DNA from: Nymphaea colorata
Taxonomy: Eukaryota
Assembly: GCF_008831285.2 (NCBI RefSeq)
Contig: NC_045138.2
Location: forward strand, 27,776,001-27,840,000
Reading direction: 5' to 3'
DNA length: 64,000 bases
How positions within the stretch are numbered: position 1 is the stretch's first letter; every line of letters starts with the position of its first letter. The notes beneath the pieces are model-generated. The model was given only the letters and a program-made list of their open reading frames with translations. It was not told the DNA's origin and ran no database searches. Shown here piece after piece: positions 41,355 to 54,984 of the stretch. The position numbers and the translations under genes were made by a program.

Positions 41355-44300
41355 CTTGCTTGACTGCGGATGGCAAAAGCAAAAAATATAAGGGTGTGTT
41401 TACGTCATTTTGATGAATATTACTCCACTTTAGTTTCAAACTTGAAACATTAGGTGCCTTCTTTTGTAATTGAGAAAAAGGTTAAGCGTGGTACAGGATG
41501 ACTTTAAAAAATTAGAAAAAAAATTGGGTGGGGGAAGAAGATGAGGATATGGTTGAAGGAGGGATTAGATGTGATGATGTGGACAGGTTGAGGGGTGGAT
41601 AAAGTCGAGTGGGGAATAGTGGGAAGATATGGATGTTTAACGAGCTTTCCAAAGGCAAGAGGACGGGTCGGTCCTTCTACGTAGGGTACCACCCTTGGTT
41701 TCCTCTGTGGGGTGTTAATATTATATCATCACCCCACCCCGGAATCTAATCTGTGCTTCTTAACTCTTTCCCAGCCCACGTGCTCTCTCTCCCTTATATA
41801 TATATATAACAGTTATTGATCATAACCCGTGTATTCTGTACTGATCAGTTATCCATTTCGAGTATTCTAATAAATTGCAAAAAGGATCAAACTAAAGTTG
41901 GAGCAGGTCAGACCCTAGTTGGTGGGAAAAAATCCTTAGGCAAGTTCCTGTTTTGGCATTTTAGCCAGATCTACCTCTTGGCCCCGTTCCAAATTCTATT
42001 TGTGTCTTCTCCTTCATCCGGCTTCTCTAGCCGGTTGAAGTTGAGCTAAATACACGTTATTCGAGATAGTTTTAAAATTTTTTAGTTTTGAAAAGCATGG
42101 TTCAGCCAAGTAAAGCACGAAAAAATGGTTTGGTTCAGACGAAATTGATGAACGAAAACCGAGTAAAGGAAGATCCAGGGATTCAACCAAGTTAAGTCTC
42201 TCAAGAAAGTGGGGAAAGCTGGATCCATGTAAAAGTGGTCGTCGTAAACTTCAAGATCGGGGACCGGATTTATGCCTACACATCTATGTATAAACCATCC
42301 ATGTGCTTCTGTGTCCTACCATTCAATGGAAGACCCAAAGGGAATCTCAGATGGGACCCTTTTTCTACACTGAAAGGAATTAAATTGTTCGTCTCTGATT
42401 TTCGTTGTATTTACTTCTCTTCTTCAATGGGCGTCACTTGCACTTCTTCTCTGTACAGAACATGGTAATTTTCTTTTTTAACTGTTCTTCACATCGAACC
42501 GAACCCAAAGATTAACGGCATCCACAGAGAATCCGCCAGATTGCTGGATCCGTATCATTGTTCATTATATGGCCACAGATTCACAGGACGATGGTAGGTA
42601 GAAGCCTCGAGGTCCTGTTAAGCTGCCATGAGAGGGTACACCTAGCTTTGATGTTGCCGCAGACTACCACCGCCATAAAAATTCATCACCATCATGCATT
42701 GCCATCAAGAACTCGGCGATGTTTACGAATGCAACGCATTTAATTAGAGGCATGAATATTGAGAGGGTTGAATATTGGCTGCCCAAGCAGTTTACTAACT
42801 GAAAATGGCGATGGGCCCCCAACAAGATTACAGTGTTTACACGTTAACTCCATCACAAAGGGATTGCGTATTCGGTCCAGTTAATTTCTTAGGTTTGTGC
42901 CTTTTAGAGGTCGTCGTGCTCTGGTGGAGGCCCCATAGACATTATGACCCATGTCAGGTCCTGCTGCAGCATCTGCTTTTCATCTTTGCTTTAGGGTTGG
43001 CAGAGAGCAGCGTACCAAATTCATGGCTCCCTTTTCTTTCTCTCTCTACACGTGTTCCCCTCTCGGAGGTACTGGAATTGCAGTAATATCATTAAGTTGG
43101 CAATAATGGGGAGCCAATTGACACCTTGAGAAGGGGACAATGAATGAATTGTCCCCATCAATGAATTTGGCTCTTGCCTCTTTCTCTTCTCCTCATCTTC
43201 ATCTTCATCCTCTCCTTCTTCTTCTTCTCCCTCCATTTGATCGGCATCAGGAAGCAGTGATTGTACCCGAGTGAATAGGCTTTGAAAAAGGAGTTCCCCT
43301 CTCCTTCCGACAGCTCAAGGACCTGTCCCTCTGTAATTAAAAGCAGTTTTAATCTACCTCACGTGAAGCTACCCCCCCACAGCAGTACTCCCATCCATCC
43401 CTCACAACCACCAACCACGCGTGTGTGCCCCCAATTGCACCACGGCCACACGTGATCTCTGTAAATATCTTCACCTCCATCTTCATGGTGCTCGCTGCGT
43501 GGGGGACAGTAGATTTGATGTTGGGCTCGGCCGATTAGCCAGCCTTCTTCTTAAACTTTCATTTTTCTCAAGACCCTTTTTAGTTAAAGTGCGGCGAATT
43601 GCAGAAAGAGATCAAATATCTTGAATGGATTTCTCTTTAGTTTACTTAGTTAGAACGGCCTTTATGAAAGTGGTTTATATATAGGGAAGATGGGCAGTTA
43701 CCAAATCCTCGTATGTCAAACTTGTTGATAATTGTTTGGATATGTCATTTGATTTTGATAAAGATCATATGATAGAGATTAAATTGAGAAAAAGAAAAAA
43801 CTAGTTGTATTTGTAAAAGAATGAAACCTCTCATCAGTCTTTTGAAAGTACAATTATATATCTATTTTTTAAATTTAATTTCTACTATTCTATTTTGTTG
43901 AAATATGAACAACCCAAACAATTTTCAATGACTAACATATGCGGGTCTAATAGATCCCATTTTTCATATATATATATATATATCTATATATATATATATA
44001 TATATATAGCTCATGGTGGCGCGGCGCAGTAGCAAAATTGACTTTGTTTACAGATAAAAATTTCATTACCTTTTAACTTTTTGTATGTAAGTGTTCTTCA
44101 AAATTTGAAACTTAAAGATTACAGTGCCCCTCAACTAGAAACTTCTAGGGTGCCGAGCCTTCTCGATGACGACCTAAGCTCAATAATAAGTTTAGGGAAG
44201 CAACCCCTCGTGCTTCTTCTTATGAGGCACTGTTGAAGGAGAAAGCTGCAGTACGAACTATGGTGATTACTGTGGCCTCGGGAGACGTTGTCTGTCCCTA

Positions 44301-46579
44301 GGGGAGGTGACAATTAACAAACGACCAAATGAGAGTCGGATAAGCTTCACCTCAAGTTTTGATGACGGCCGCATGATGCCATAAATAATATTGCAGGAAA
44401 AACGTGAGAACGTCTAGTTGTTTGGTGAGTGGAGACCACAGCTTCATGAGGGGAGGATCTGGATCCGTCTATAATCTCTGTGGTATGGTACTGGACATTG
44501 ACGAAGGGAAGAAGCGGCCTTTTCCGGGGGTGGGGGGGCTGAAGCGCAAGTCGGTGGTCAGTCACAAAGAGTATGGCTCCCCACGTGATGGACAGGAGAA
44601 TGGGAATATGAGTGAAGGCTTCAGAGTATATCCCTTGCGAGGGAATCTTCGAAAATGGATTTACTGTGCGGTTGAGGATAAGAGAGAGGGAGAATAAAGA
44701 GGGAACTACGTTGAGAGTTTCAGAAAGGTGAACATCTAGGATGGGTAGGCCATAGGCTTCTGTAAGATGTCCACAGAGCCATTGGTGATTGTTTTGGTGC
44801 CCATTTCAGGGTTTGAACGATTTTCATAATTTCCCATTCTGTGTACACAGGAGAAAATTGAAACATCCAGCACAATACATATTCTTTTAATATTGATATG
44901 ATTTATCATTGCTGTTATTGAAATCTATTTCAATATAAATCTGAATATCACTTAATTAGTTGACGATCCCAACGGACTCGGCAGGCTCTCACTAGTGACC
45001 TAGTAAGTGCACGATCCGGTCCTAGCCAACTCAAACGAGTCGCAACTCATATCGGCAAGTTTCCCAACTATGCATGCAGGAGTGTGCGCTCATGCTAAGC
45101 ATAAAAGGATGCATTAATGTCAATGGCTGCCCATAGATGTTAAGCAGGTATTTCGAAAAGTCCAGCATAATGGGTCATGTGATGTTTTAAGAGAGCACTT
45201 CAAGCTTGTACATATGACAGTAATACTAACATAATCACTTCGTTTGTTGGCTGTTGATTTTATGTCTACTACTTAATTGTTTAATTGTGAAGCTTGAGGG
45301 CGCCAACTCCCTATATTGTAAAAAGATGATACCAATACTCAAGTTAAAAGATCACCCCATGACACCGAAAGCAGACTCGATATATATATTGAGGCAATGG
45401 TGGAGAATGATGGAGGCTTCGGATCTGATCAATCGGTTGGTAGAATCCTTTTGTGTTCAACTACAATTAATTGTGTTATGGATTTTTTAATTTGCTGATG
45501 TTGTGCCCACAAGATAAAACAAATTAAAAATAGGAGAACAGCCTAATTTTTTCTTTTTGGAAAATTGAGAATTTTGTCAAATTGCAATATAAAAGGGCGA
45601 CAGCCATGAAAGGGATCAAGCAAACTTGTGCGTCCATACACCATAACAGGGAGCACTGTTCCCCAAGTTATGGACAAATCTCCTCAGTATGGGGAAGCAT
45701 TCATTCGCATTGGACTGGAAGGAATCTTTCAACAACGACTTTAATAAGAGAGAGAGAGGGAAATGATCAGAGTACAAGTTTCTGGGATAGACTTCGCCGT
45801 GCATAATGTTTTTTAACTGTTAAATTACTTCTTAAGAAACAGACTTACTTCCTGCATAATCCAAGGATTAGTAGCAGCTAGAAAGTTACCAGTGTCGGCT
45901 TCTATTAGCCTATACTGTTCATACATGTCGACGATCGAGTTGACCCCTTGTCTTAAAGGCCGGTACATAATTAATATTTTCTAAGCCGCAACTTTTCTAG
46001 ACGGCTTTGAAGATCTAAATTTTAACTTTAAAACTAAGAAAAAATGATCGTTCCCACTTAGCATGGCCTATACGGGCTACCCATTAGGCAAAAAAAAATT
46101 GATCAAATCCACACACTTGTAGCCTCTCTGTAATTTTTATTTGATGCTAATCCTTTCGCCATCATCAGCACGACCGGTAGTCCTAGACAATGGTGCGCCA
46201 GAAGCACGATGCGACCACCGATATGGGGATCCATCTCCTTTCTTGCAGGATGTCGTTGAACAAGACGACATACTGCATTGTAAGAAAAAGGAGCCTGACG
46301 GCGTTTTCTAAGTGGAAGCCATAGATGCCAAGAAGTGGATGCAGGAAGAAAGGGAAAATCAAAAGAGGTTCTAAGTGCCCCTGCTCCTCGGATGATCGCC
46401 GAAGACACGGTATGGAAAGAAGGATTGCATTTTGGTAATGGAGTCCCAGGTAATCATAGTAATAGCTAGAAGATAGGTATTACTGTGTGACTCCGAAGCC
46501 TCTCAACCACCGACAATATTTTCCGGCCCCATTAGCGGCAGTGCATGATTGGAACCGCACTCATGAATAGTTGAAAGTT

Positions 46580-49000
46580 ATGTATGATTGAGTGGGATGC
46601 AGAAAAAGGAAAATAAATATTATTAATCCAAAACATGACAAATACAGATAAATCCAATAGCAGGCCATGTAGATGAGGCCTTCTTGGCCACGAATCAAAC
46701 TTAATTGAATGAGAAATAGACCCTTTTCTCCAAACTTCGGTGGTCATTTCATTTGTCGCTTTCTTCTTGGCAGTACAATAACAGATCTGCGCATAAATGC
46801 ATGCTTTTATTGTTTTCTCTAGCGTTCCATTCTGCAGGAACCAGTGCATATTACAAAGACATGAAAAGGATGAAAGAAAAAGAAGAAAAGTGTTGAAGAG
46901 GAAGAATAATTCATATCGCCTGGGTGCCATAATTTCAGTTCATCATTTAGACATATTTCTCGTCTTCAGGTTCCTAACTGTGTGGTGTAAGAGCTGTGGA
47001 CAAACTCCATCAACCTTGTGCGACCTCCAGATTCACATGGGCTGCTGCAGTCTGTAGGCCTACCAGTTAATAAGTCTGATCATGATCTGACTTGATCTGC
47101 ATGGAGGCTAAACTAGCGACTGCAAGATAATTTGGGCCCGTTCTGATTTTATGCAAATGCAAATAAGGATCTGTCGACCATATGTGCCGCTGGATTTGAT
47201 TATTCTAGTAAAAGACTGAGACGCTTTGATTCAATGGTAAACTAGAGGAAAAAGAAAGGTCCGGAAGCCAATCTGGAGATTCGCGTTAGTCCAGGAACTC
47301 AGGTTCGTTTTCCCAGGAGAATGCCTATATCTTGGAGAAGCTAAGAGCTATGCAATTATTTCTGCAGGCAGTTGTACAGTGGATTTAATCATGATCAGGA
47401 CGTGCTGATCCAGATTAGAGAACTGTGACTCTGGAAATAAATAAACTAAGGTCCCACAGTCCGCAGAGGCAGTCAACATAAGCAGTACTTTCCAATTAAG
47501 AGGGGCACATGGGGTGTGCTTATAGCGGCAGGTTGCGTGCTTTAGCCTGCAAACATAAAAACTGTTCATAAATCATGCAATTAAGGAAGCAATGTCAAGC
47601 CCATACGCTTGACTAGACGATTGGACTAAAAGAAGAGAACTTTTTAAGTTGATCTGATCATGATTTCAGACCCGGAGTATGTCACTGTTGGCATCTGTAA
47701 TTAGATGTTTGCCTAATCCCCCATTGCTTATGTAACAAGAATAAAAGGAAGTCTTCCGGAATAATTTTACATTAAACTTCTCCCATTCATTAGCTTTAAT
47801 AGTGCAACAAAGTTGAGTTCCAAAGAATAATTCTCCAGTCTAGCAATTGCTTCGTTCAAGCTTTCCTCTGGGATCTATAATCATTTATACAGTAGCAGAA
47901 GAAGAAACAAAGTTGTGCTTCAAAAAATTGCCCGTGTGGCTGGATGGTGTCCTGCCTGCACATCAATGGCTGGCTGTACATCAGCGGCTTCCTGAGGGTA
48001 ATGGTTTAAGGATAATTAGCAAAACAGAAAGCTTCGGTTCACACTTGGGAATATAAGAAAGGAGCTAAGCCTGTAATGGCGCCTTTCATTTGACAGAGGT
48101 GACCTGTGAAAGTCAAAGTTGAAGAAACAGCAGAAGTTCATAAAACAACATAAGCCCATGAAGGGATGTCTTTTCTCTTAGGTAGAATATTAGAAGAAAA
48201 CGAATTTGATCAAATTGGAAGCGTTTTGATCGCTGTTCTCTTTAATGGAAAAGGGACTAATAGTCAATTGGCATCTACCTATCTTTCAAGAACATAGAAG
48301 CTGTGGTTCCTAAACTCAATGAAAATGATTGAAAATTTTCAATATGGATATTTAAGTGGGTGACTGTCTACATCACACCCCGGTATGCTTGCCTGATTTG
48401 CTTGGCTAACTGTCGCCTAGAAGTTGGTCCTTACTCGATGCAGACAAACTGAAAACCTCGTCACATTCATTACCTTGCCCAAAGCAGCTCATATTGTCCA
48501 TTAGCCGCCGTTTGGAAACAGGGTGTTACAGGCAATCAGAAGCGGATTGGCTTTGACGCCGCATTTTGATGTTTGGAAGCAAATGTTGCCAATCGACCGC
48601 ATACTTTGAAGTGCTTTCATTGCTTCCCAATAAAGCTCACATTGCATGACCAAAACTCCAGAAAAATAAAAGAAATCTCTTGAACAACTGGTGGAGTTTT
48701 CTGCTTTTTCAACACACGGAACCGCATATTAATCTGAATGCAGAGCTCTCAAACAGAGCTTTTGTAATGAAGGCCTTAGTTAAGTCAACTAGGGGATTAA
48801 TTCCTTCTTTCAGTGGATGTTCCTTTGTGTCTAGTAAGATCAGTATGGTAGGAGCAGGAACTAGGAAGTTCTTAAAAGGCAGTCATGCATATATGAAATA
48901 TACTTCCAGTGTTCCTTGAAAGAGGGTAATACGTCCATAATTCCAAGTCGTCACCTCTTCTGAAACTATTCCCACTGCCCCTAGTGATCATTCCACAGGT
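46580..49000 (-). pseudogene. Degenerate F-box/LRR/FBD-like gene relic, copy A of the duplicated block
   Basis: Colinear homology with 54985-56903 is directly visible. Minus-strand fragments DVLPSFKEHWKYI (F-box end-like), FPESQFSNL and FLQNGTLEKTIKACI...RKGSISHSIKF (FBD end-like). Many stops and frameshifts. The family call is weak. Confidence 0.45.
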
Positions 49001-50910
49001 ATCAGTACTGATGGTAATGGTATTGTTTTTGAGTTCACATTGCGCTGTTGGTATATCTTGGGGTTCATATTAGGCACTTCCGATCTGCCGTCAGAACACA
49101 TACCTTGAGTTTATAGCTATGTAAGCGTTTACTTGCTTATTGTGGATTTTTAAGTGAATAGGAACTTCCTTGCGTTATGTGTAATCAGGCCTTGATACGT
49201 TTACTAATGTGGCTGATGGAAAGTGCGTGCCTACCACATTGGTCTATCTAATGCAAATTCTGGTTGTTTGTTTCTCCCAGGGAATGTTTGATTGTCTGGA
49301 TAACTTTTGCTTTTACGTAAAGGTCATTTTAACGACACAACGACAAACAAATACTTGGCAAGCAATCTAATTTTTTTTCCACTTTTCAACTCCAAAATTC
49401 TGTCAGTTTTCTCAATCTCTTGAGGGTCTGTCGACCACTTGGTCACAAATGGTGGCACTTTATTGTTGGTGTCCCCTCCAATTTAACGCTGCGATTAAAT
49501 GGATATAATTGCACCAACATAAACTGAGGGTCTTGAATTCAACAATGTCGTGCTGGTTAACTCTTCAAGCTTGCACTCAAAAACGAAGGAAGCAATTATG
49601 GAATCTCCACACACTAGGGCCCGACTAGCTTACTCTCATTTCTGGCCTTGTTTTGGGCAGTCCAACTACCAAACATAATGAGAAGAGGAGTTCCCACCGC
49701 TGTCCCCTATAGGACTTCGGTCCATAGTTCGGACCAATGTAGCTCATCATCCTCTCAGACCAGTTACAGATCATCGCCTTGCTCAGCTATTACCTCACCA
49801 ACCAGACGCAAACCCTCACGCAGATTCCCTCTTCAGTCTTAAGGATTCCTTCTTTTCCAATCTACATTAAAAAAAAAAAAAATCAAGTTGTATCAGTTTA
49901 TCAGACCAATCTACCAACTCAGCCCAGGATCGACGTAACTTTAGACCCTAGAGACACAAGGAAGGGGGTGGGGATCTTTCTGGTCTCTTTGGATTGCATT
50001 AACTAAATTAACGCAAACGCATGCACGCAAATTGGAAGCAACACGGTCTTAGCAGTATTAGATGAACAGATATGTCCGACTGTCGGGAGGAATTTGGCTA
50101 TGATGCAGTTGTCTAAGATGATGCAGGCCTAGCGACTGCCATCAAGATCACAAGCGGCTGACTCAACTAGTGCCAGATCAGACTCGGACATGATCAAGAC
50201 TGCAAGTTTCGGCAAGGCACTTCTTTCGCCTGTGGATTGAGTCTGAATTCGTAACGTCCACCTCCACGAAACATGAATGTTTCCAATTCCAAGAGGATAT
50301 GGGGGCGTGAAAGGATTCATAGAGCATTTATCATCCTTTTCATCTCAAAGGACCTCCTAAGATCAAGGATCTACTATTGCCCTCTCTGCGAGTACATGCT
50401 TGATGCGACACGACTTCCTCACCTGGAACAAAAAAAAAAAAAGTTCACTGTTCCACACAGATTGTCCAAAAACAGAACTCCAACATTGAATACCCTGGTT
50501 TTGTGTGTGTGTGCAAGAGAAAGGGGTGGGGGGGAGAGAGAGAGAGAGTCCTCTTCTCTTACCCACCAAAGGGATGGGATTTGAAGCAGCGGAATTGTTT
50601 AGTGGGATCTACTACCACATTTCCTGGAAGTAGCAGAAAGATAACAGGACCAGCCAGGGATGAGAATTCACCTTTTATTTACAGAATGCAAATATATTAT
50701 GCTGTGGAAGATGTTCAACTAAAGGCGTACCAAGAGATCATTGAAGAGATGACCATCACGCCAAAATTTGTGATAGGTACTAAAACAAAACAAAGAATGT
50801 ACAGCCTTTATGAAGTCCCAACAACTTCCTGAAAAGAACTTAGATGGCATCACATAAAGGTTCATCAAAATTTTGCAGTAGCTATAACTCTCCTACATAG
50901 TACAGCAAAT

Positions 50911-51220
50911 CTATATGTGAGCCTAACTTCAAACAACACCGTGGAAGCTATTTTATTTTTGGCAATTCGATATAGTAATATACGTTACAAAGCTAGAGAT
51001 TGAGGTGGTGTTTGGGACGCTTGGATGAGGTGCCAGCGACACATGTCTAAAATGTTCAGCAGTTTCTATATGTGAGCCTAACTTCAAACAACACCGTGGA
51101 AGCTATTTTATTTTTGGCAATTCGATATAGTAATATACGTTACAAAGCTAGAGATTGAGGTGGTGTTTGGGACGCTTGGATGAGGTGCCAGCGACACATG
51201 TCTAAAATGTTCAGCAGTTT
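50911..51220. repeat. Perfect tandem duplication 2 x 155 bp
   Basis: ctatatgtgagcc...cagcagttt at 50911-51065 is repeated at 51066-51220. Confidence 0.95.
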
Positions 51221-52182
51221 AAGACAGAGTTGGCATATCCCACTTCTTCTGTATCATCTTCAGAAGTGGGATACAACTAATGAGACACGCATGAAGAAAT
51301 TAACTAAAACATGAACGAAGTATCATTGACACAAAATTCAGTATTTGTTTGCACCACTTTACTATTGAGTCATTGAGACAAAGTCGTCTAAATAGTACAT
51401 TTGGACACTGTTAGAGCAAAACAAACAGCCGAGATGAGACCATACCTTGGGAACGCGCTCTGGATTGGAAAATCGGAGGTTTTGGGCATGGAGCATTTGA
51501 CACAGAGTCATGAGCATGTTCTTCTCCTTCAAAAGAACATACCATAGTTTATGAAGATCATCACATGATTTAAGACGCAAATTCAGAGGCCTTCCAACTT
51601 CGACCTGAAAAATCCACATAACATTTAGTAATGCAACTAAAGTTCTTGCCTTATTCACCAATAACGCGAAGGCAGAAAAGAAGGGAAAAGCAAGTGGCCT
51701 ATTTGAATAAAGCAACCAGGAAAAACAAATTATAAACATGTTTTATAATTGGAATAAATGTCCAACCAGGAAATGCAGCTCGTGAGAAAATAAATCTGCC
51801 CGCATGCTTGAAATAAGTATGTAAATATGGACTACTAAAAATGTTTAAAAGTGGTTAATAGCAAGGGAGCTGCAGAAAAAAAAAAAAAGAAAAAAAAAGA
51901 TCGTTAATAAATTCAATGCAAACGTGAAAATATTGGAGGATGTTTATAAACTAATTCCCAAACAGACACTTCACCAGTGAAAACAATTAAACATCCTTGG
52001 AAGACCGTTTCCACTTATAAAAAGGAAAATACTTGGAGAATTTCCACAATTTATTCATGATTTTTCGCCTTTCTTTTAGGTGTAATAAAGAGAAAAAGAG
52101 AAAAGCGAAAAGAGAGAGAGAGAGATTGATTCAACATTACTAGTTCAACAGGATACAGGATGTTGGAGCTCCTACAAAGAAA

Positions 52183-52521
52183 CATTGTCACAAAAAACAC
52201 TGTTTTTTTTAAAAAAACGCGTATTTAACTCCAAAAACAGTTCTACCGTATAATACCCATACTATTCTCATTTTTTTGAAAAAAACATAAAAAAACGTGT
52301 ATAATACCCGTATAATACTCGTATTATACGTTATTTTCCCGTTTTTTGCCTTTTTTTTATTAATTATTATTTTTATAATTTTTAAGATGTATTAAATGTT
52401 TAATTTTTAAAAAAAATTTGCCGAACTTTTTCCGTTTTATTCCCGATATATAAAACTTTACCGTATTATACTCGTTTTTTTTCTCGCCGTTTAATACCCG
52501 TCCCCGTTTTTTGTGACAATG
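52183..52521. mobile_element. MITE with 16-bp TIR in MRPL47-pseudogene intron 1
   Basis: CATTGTCACAAAAAAC / GTTTTTTGTGACAATG form perfect inverted ends. Repeated ccgta/taatac subterminal motifs. TSD unclear. Confidence 0.8.
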
Positions 52522-53360
52522 CTACAAACAACAAAATCACATACAAAAGCATCGGATGGATAAATCCATGAAAAGCAGAAATAGGAAGTACAGTAGTGGT
52601 AACGACAGACTATCAAAACCCCATATAGAATAACAAACATATCTCCCATATATCCAGCATAGTTCCTGGGAAGAAACAATACATTCCAACACCATGAATG
52701 CTATTTTGCAAAAAACTCACCCAACGAGGGTTTGAGACCATTAGCAGGATCGTGTCACCCAAAAAACATCATCTGGAAGGCTCTTCAACCCTGCTGCCAT
52801 AGGGGACTAATAACCTTATCAATCAAGAACACCCCGAAGAAAGATCATTTATTAAAACCTAGAATCACTATCATCAAAAGAGTCAACTCTATATCATGAA
52901 ACAGCAAGAAGCCTTGCATCCATTGAGATCCATACAATAGACTTGTACCCTATCCTTCTCGTGGGCCATAGGAAGCTATTGTGGACAGACCATATTTGTG
53001 TCTAGAAAACTAATACCCCAGCTTGCTAATTAAAATAAACTTCAGTCTTTCCCACCCTGGTAGACCTTCTGATGGGAGCAATAGTAGCAGGCAGACGTCT
53101 CCTAGAAGCTTATTGACAGCGGAAGCTTGAACGACCGCAAGCCTGTCAGCCAACCCACCTTCCAACTCGGCCACCTAAGCCAAAGGTAAATACCACTTGA
53201 AGCAAAGCAAAAGGAATTTAGTGATTGGAAGGCCAAATGTTGGTTTCTGGTGTTGCGCAGGAGCTTGATGTTCAGGGACTAAGGGTGGTGATGAGTTAGG
53301 GAGCTGCACGGGAGAGTGACGTTCAAGGACCGAAGCCCACGATCAGTCAGGGAGCAGTGC

Positions 53361-53362
<2 letters not shown>

Positions 53363-53404
<42 letters not shown>
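53363..53404. repeat. (AG)n microsatellite
   Basis: About 20 AG units. A similar run lies at 54755-54798. Confidence 0.9.
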
Positions 53405-53408
<4 letters not shown>

Positions 53409-54632
53409 TGACATTATTGACAAATCGATTTATAAAATGTGGCCTGTGAAAATTTTCTTTTAAGAAATTATCTGTCGAGAAATTGTGCAACATCTAACAA
53501 TATTCTTCACTTTTCAACACTTAAGTTAATTAAAACCAAAGACCTCAAGAGGCACATTTGAAACTTTGATTCCTGAACTATATGAGATCCAGGAGTCCTG
53601 TTTCTTCAAAAATGCAGAAAGGAGTGCCTCGGGTCATTTTGTTAATCCATGTCATGCACAATTCCTTCAGCCAACGATGTTGGTAAACATATTCAACAAA
53701 CACTAGTACACATCTAATGATGTTTAGAATGAAGTTCATCAAGTACTTGGACTCAATAATCAAACTCGTAGCGATGCCTACAAGGTAATGCTGAACCAAC
53801 TAGGCAGGAAAAAGTGAAGCGGTTCAATTGCATACATTAAACAGTTTTCAATTAAGTAATCATCAAGAATAACACAACCAACCAAATGCAATCAAGATGA
53901 CGTCGTCCATTTAGAGATGAACACGATGTGGAAGCATCAACAAAGGGGGAGAAAACAAAAAGCAAAATCAAATGATCCTACCATAAACAACAGGTTTGTC
54001 AACTTCTTCGCTTCAATCTGCCTCGAAAAATTCTTCAAGTGGATTGTGTGCAACGTTAGATGAAACAGCTGGAGCAGCTGAAGCTTCAGCCTTTACTGCA
54101 GCAAAAGGCGCCCTTCCATACTCCATTCCAAGAGTCGGTGAAGTTAACATGATTCCAATCTACAATAATTAACTTAAAAAATAAGTAACAACAAAAATGG
54201 CTTTTTAAACAAAAACGCAGAAAAGGATATCAGAGAACAACATGTCTCCTGAAGCATTCTCTTGTTGTAATTGAGATACTGGAAACGCCAAGTTGCTCCG
54301 GTGAGAGAGGGCCATAGATTGAGAAAGGCCGCACCTTACGATAGGAGGAGAACACTGGTGGATGGAGGCCGGTAGCAGAAGGGCGGGTCGTTGTTGGATG
54401 TTCCCTTGCTGCGGTAGAAGGCCTATCCTGAATCTGTGAAGTCGATGCTCTAACAGGCAAAAGAAAGAAGAATGTCAACAAATAAAACCCGTACATAGAA
54501 CAGATAAAGGCCACCGTAGCCATCGCCCCTTAGTGACGGCTGACAGCATCCGAGCCCCGAGCGAGAGAGAGAGAGAGGGTGAGAGGATGGTGAATACCTG
54601 GCGGTGAGTTCTGCACTCGCTGCCGCCGGGTA

Positions 54633-54734
54633 CTGCCGCAAAAAGGGATCAAGGTGAAGCGCAGCTGCCGCAACGAGGGATGAAGGTGAAAGGCAGCTGC
54701 CGCAACGAGGGATGAAGGTGAAATGCAGCTGCCG
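54633..54734. repeat. 32-bp minisatellite, ~3 copies
   Basis: Unit ctgccgcaacgagggatgaaggtgaaaggcag starts at 54633, 54665 and 54697, with a partial copy at 54729. Confidence 0.85.
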
Positions 54735-54748
54735 TGAACAGGGACCTG

Positions 54749-54801
<53 letters not shown>

Positions 54802-54984
54802 TAATACCAAATTCCCCTTGAAATGTGGGCTGGGATATCATTTGAACAGTGGAATCCACGGCCAGCAAACACTTATCGGTAGTGTTTGGCAGCACCAGGA
54901 ACAAAATCTTGGGATCAACATCTGAAGATTTTGATCCTGGAATCATTGGAATGGGGATTTGGATCGCCATTCCAAAAACAAGGT

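Larger units (their letters stand above)
50317..54150 (-). pseudogene. MRPL47: Unprocessed pseudogene of mitochondrial ribosomal protein L47 (uL29m)
   Basis: Exons 54150-53982 (MLTSPT...HNPLEEFFEAD*SEEVDKPVVYG), 51604-51446 (RSWKASE[+1]LRLKSCDDLHKLWYVLLKEKNMLMTLCQMLHAQNLRFSNPERVPK) and 50422-50317 (VRKSCRIKHVLAERAIVDP[+1]DLRRSFEMKRMINAL*). GT-AG introns are retained. Premature TGA at 54015-54013 and two +1 frameshifts. Confidence 0.92.

Noticed and set aside
44130..44760. Possible retroelement fragment
   Set aside because: Composition suggests a TE relic, but I could not identify termini, PBS/PPT or a protein domain.
52600..53350. Possible degenerate LINE sequence in MRPL47-pseudogene intron 1
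   Set aside because: No recognisable RT or endonuclease motif could be read.
54633..54734. CRISPR-like 32-bp repeats
   Set aside because: Head-to-tail units without spacers, in a eukaryotic context with no cas genes.
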